Assembly (NCBI GenBank): GCA_964577095.1
Contig: CAZNXX010000003.1
Location: 1-45,388 of the forward strand
Direction of reading: 5' to 3'
Length of the DNA: 45,388 nt
From: an uncultured bacterium
Lineage (GTDB): Bacteria; Zhuqueibacterota; QNDG01; DTFT01
Both the position numbers and the translations under genes were made by a program. Below the pieces are notes generated by a model. That model had not been told where the DNA came from, made no database searches, and saw only the letters and a program-made list of their open reading frames with translations. Of this stretch, positions 43,118-45,388 are shown piece by piece. Every line of letters starts with the position of its first letter. Positions within the stretch are counted from its first letter, which is position 1.

Positions 43118-43124
43118 GGGCGCT

Positions 43125-43445
43125 TCAGCCTTTCAGGTTCCGGATCTGCCGCGAGCCCACGGAACGGGTGTTCCGGAAGACGCCGAGCACCAGCCCGCCC
43201 GCGACGACCATGATGACGACCTCGATGATGATGAGGGTGATGACCAGGGCCTGCGCCAGGTCCTGCCGGCCCGTGACCCGGCCCGCGAGGATCAGGAAGA
43301 GCGTGACGCCCTTGATCATCAGCTCCAGGGCGATCATCGCCCGGATCAGGTTCGAGGTGACAAGAAGATAGTAGAGTCCGACCGCCAGGAGAAGCGCCCC
43401 GGCAATGCCGTAAGCGTCGAAGAGCGGGATTCCGGCAACGTTCAT
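43125..43445 (-). CDS. MrpC/MnhC/NuoK-like membrane subunit (MbhG-like)
   Basis: 106 aa from the ATG at 43445 (ATGA overlap). ..LLVTSNLIRAMIALELMIKGVTLFLI.. is typical of the NuoK/MnhC family. Confidence 0.75.
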   Translation of the reverse strand: MNVAGIPLFDAYGIAGALLLAVGLYYLLVTSNLIRAMIALELMIKGVTLFLILAGRVTGRQDLAQALVITLIIIEVVIMVVAGGLVLGVFRNTRSVGSRQIRNLKG

Positions 43446-43924
43446 TTGGTTTTTTCCTTGAATAGCACCACGACGCCGAATGCCCCGGCCAGCAGCACCA
43501 CGATCTGTCCGATCAGGTCGAGGTGACGGCCGCCCCACAGCAGGGTCCGCACGTCCCCGCCCGGATCCGGCGGGGGCTCGAGGCCCGGGCTCTTCAGCCG
43601 GACGATCAGGAGAATCGCGAGCCCGGCCAGGAGAAACGGCAGCCAGACCGTCTTGCGCAGTCTTTCCTTCCGGTGCGTCCGGAGATCCTCGGCCGTGAGC
43701 CGTTTGGTGAAGCTGATGGCCACGAAGAAGATCACGGAGATGAGGCCGGCGCACACGGACAGCTCGAACATCGCGGCGTACGGCGCGTCCAGCCGGAACA
43801 TCAGAAGCGACACGGCCACGCTGACGGCCGCGAGCCCGATGACCGACATCATGAGGCGGACGCTCAGCACGGCCCACAGGGCCGCCAGCACGAGAAGTCC
43901 GAGAAGGATCAGATCCACGGTCAT
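43442..43924 (-). CDS. MrpB/MnhB-type membrane subunit (MbhD/E-like)
   Basis: 160 aa with four hydrophobic segments. ..RLDAPYAAMFELSVCAGL.. and the C-terminal ..HLDLIGQIVVLLAGAFGVVVL.. resemble the DUF4040/MnhB modules of Mrp-type complexes. Confidence 0.6.
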   Translation of the reverse strand: MTVDLILLGLLVLAALWAVLSVRLMMSVIGLAAVSVAVSLLMFRLDAPYAAMFELSVCAGLISVIFFVAISFTKRLTAEDLRTHRKERLRKTVWLPFLLAGLAILLIVRLKSPGLEPPPDPGGDVRTLLWGGRHLDLIGQIVVLLAGAFGVVVLFKEKTK

Positions 43925-43928
43925 TCGA

Positions 43929-45362
43929 TCACCACAGCAGTTGTTGAATGGGCGTCAGTAAAAACCGGTACACGAACGGAAAGCCGATGCCGATGGCCGC
44001 GGTCAGTCCGGCCAGGGCCAGCTGGGGCGCCAGGTACGCAGCCCGCGCTTCGGTTACGGCCGTCCCGGTCTCCGGACCTTTGGCGAAGAACACGCGTCTC
44101 TGCATGGAGAGGAAATACGCAAGGGTCAGCAGGCTGGCAACCAGGGCCAGAACGGCCGCGGCATGGAACCCCGCCTGCCAGAGCGCCAGCAGGATGATGA
44201 CCTTGCTCCAGAACCCGCCCAGCGGCGGGATTCCGGCCGTGGACAGCAGGCCGATCACGGCCGACAGGCTGGACCAGGGCATCTGCGCCTGCAGGCCGCC
44301 CATGCGGTTCATGTCATTGTGCCCGAGCCGCGATTCGACGGCGGCCGCGTTCGAGAAGAGCAGGCTCTTGAACACGGCGTGGTTCAGCAGGTGGAACACC
44401 GCACCGGCCAGGGCCAGCGGCGTGCGGCAGCCGAGGGCCAGGACAATGTACCCGACCTGGCTGATGCTGGAATACGCGAGCATGCGCTTGTAGTCCGACT
44501 GGCCGATGGCGGCCAGGGCGCCGGCGTAGATGGAGACGATCCCCAGCGTCATGAGCAGGGTCTGCACTTCCGGCGCCGCCGGGAGCACAAACCCGGTGAG
44601 CCGGATGAGCCCGTACACGCCCGTGGCCTTGGTCACGATGCCGGCCAGCAGGACGGACACGGGTCCGGGCGCCGTGCCGTACGCGTCGGGCAGCCACCCG
44701 TGGAAGGGCACCACGCCGCCCTTGATGAAGAGGCCCGCCATGAAGGCCAGGCCGCCGACGCGGGCGAACTCCGGATGCGCGGACTGGAGGCAGGCGGCCC
44801 GGACTTCGGCGAAGGAGGTGCCGGCTCCCGCGAGCATGAAGAATCCGACGCCGGCGAGCATGAGCACCGTGGCCACGGTGGACATCACCAGGTACTTGAA
44901 GGCGCCCTCCAGTCCGGCCATGCCGCGGCGGAAGGCGATGAGAATGAAGGACGCCACCGAGGCGGCCTCGAAGAAGACGTACAGGGTGAACAGGTCGCCT
45001 GAAAGCGCGGCTCCGTTCATGCCGATCACGGACACGAAGAGCAGGTTCGCGAAGTAGAACCGGTCCTTTTCATCGGTAAAAGCGGCGCGGCTCACGGCCA
45101 GGCTGGAGGCCGCGACCACCGCGATCGTGAGCAGCATGACCCAGGTCAGGCCGTCGGCCGACGTCTTGAAAACGAGGAACCCGGCCAGCGGGTCCGCGAA
45201 CGGCTCTCCGCCCGACAGCATGGCCCACAGGGCGGCCGCGGCCTGGGCGGCCAGAAAGGCCAGACCCGCGCCGAAAGACACGGCCTGGCCGACGCCCCGC
45301 TTCCACGGCAGGTTGAAGAGCATCAGGCAGACGAGGGGCACCAGTATCAGAAGGGACTGCAA
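43929..45362 (-). CDS. Antiporter-like subunit (MrpA/D, NuoL/M/N family; MbhH-like)
   Basis: 477 aa, polytopic. ..FIKGGVVPFHGWLPDAY.. and ..FHLLNHAVFKSLLF.. are family signatures. TTG start 8 nt after CAGGAG. Confidence 0.85.
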   Translation of the reverse strand: MQSLLILVPLVCLMLFNLPWKRGVGQAVSFGAGLAFLAAQAAAALWAMLSGGEPFADPLAGFLVFKTSADGLTWVMLLTIAVVAASSLAVSRAAFTDEKDRFYFANLLFVSVIGMNGAALSGDLFTLYVFFEAASVASFILIAFRRGMAGLEGAFKYLVMSTVATVLMLAGVGFFMLAGAGTSFAEVRAACLQSAHPEFARVGGLAFMAGLFIKGGVVPFHGWLPDAYGTAPGPVSVLLAGIVTKATGVYGLIRLTGFVLPAAPEVQTLLMTLGIVSIYAGALAAIGQSDYKRMLAYSSISQVGYIVLALGCRTPLALAGAVFHLLNHAVFKSLLFSNAAAVESRLGHNDMNRMGGLQAQMPWSSLSAVIGLLSTAGIPPLGGFWSKVIILLALWQAGFHAAAVLALVASLLTLAYFLSMQRRVFFAKGPETGTAVTEARAAYLAPQLALAGLTAAIGIGFPFVYRFLLTPIQQLLW

Positions 45363-45388
45363 GGACGCGACTCCTGTTTTTCTGAAGA

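Overview
GC-rich bacterial chromosomal window of about 48 protein-coding genes, mostly on the minus strand. The gene content looks like an anaerobic, possibly syntrophic, Deltaproteobacteria-like organism; this is inference from gene content only. Left to right: (1) a glycan block with the 3' end of a GH17-like hydrolase, a REP-associated tyrosine transposase (RAYT) flanked by its own REP hairpins, a 1155-aa protein with a GH94-clan-like EWNDANN motif, and a lipoprotein polysaccharide deacetylase. (2) etfAB, with a ferredoxin domain on EtfA. (3) A TPR protein, a CPBP protease and hisS. (4) An Ldh_2-family dehydrogenase, an orphan prepilin-like gene and a DEAD-box helicase. (5) DinB-like, NDK-like, MBL-fold and Wzi-like genes, then an acyl-CoA dehydrogenase. 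(6) A canonical yceD-rpmF-plsX-fabHDG-acpP-fabF-rnc operon. (7) nfnAB-like genes. (8) A two-subunit class I fumarate hydratase. (9) Thioesterase, SucD-like, Fe-ADH and ABM genes. (10) A ferritin-like protein with a Cys-rich C-terminal module. (11) A complete Mrp/Mbh-type group 4 [NiFe] hydrogenase cluster with a maturation protease. The unusual content is non-coding. Three intergenic loci are bracketed by inverted pairs of tandem heptamer arrays (GTTCNNR)n whose two arms co-vary between loci. There is a REP/RAYT family with compensatory stem changes. A foldback (MITE-like) element sits inside one heptamer-bracketed locus. A roughly 190-nt element has two closed stem domains linked by an 8-bp loop-loop complementarity. 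Two further short-period tandem arrays (10-bp CACGGAA and 8-bp ACGTTNNN) lie in leaders. The hydrogenase protease has no canonical start codon and lies +1 to the preceding Fe-S subunit across an A5 run. No rRNA, tRNA or CRISPR array was seen.
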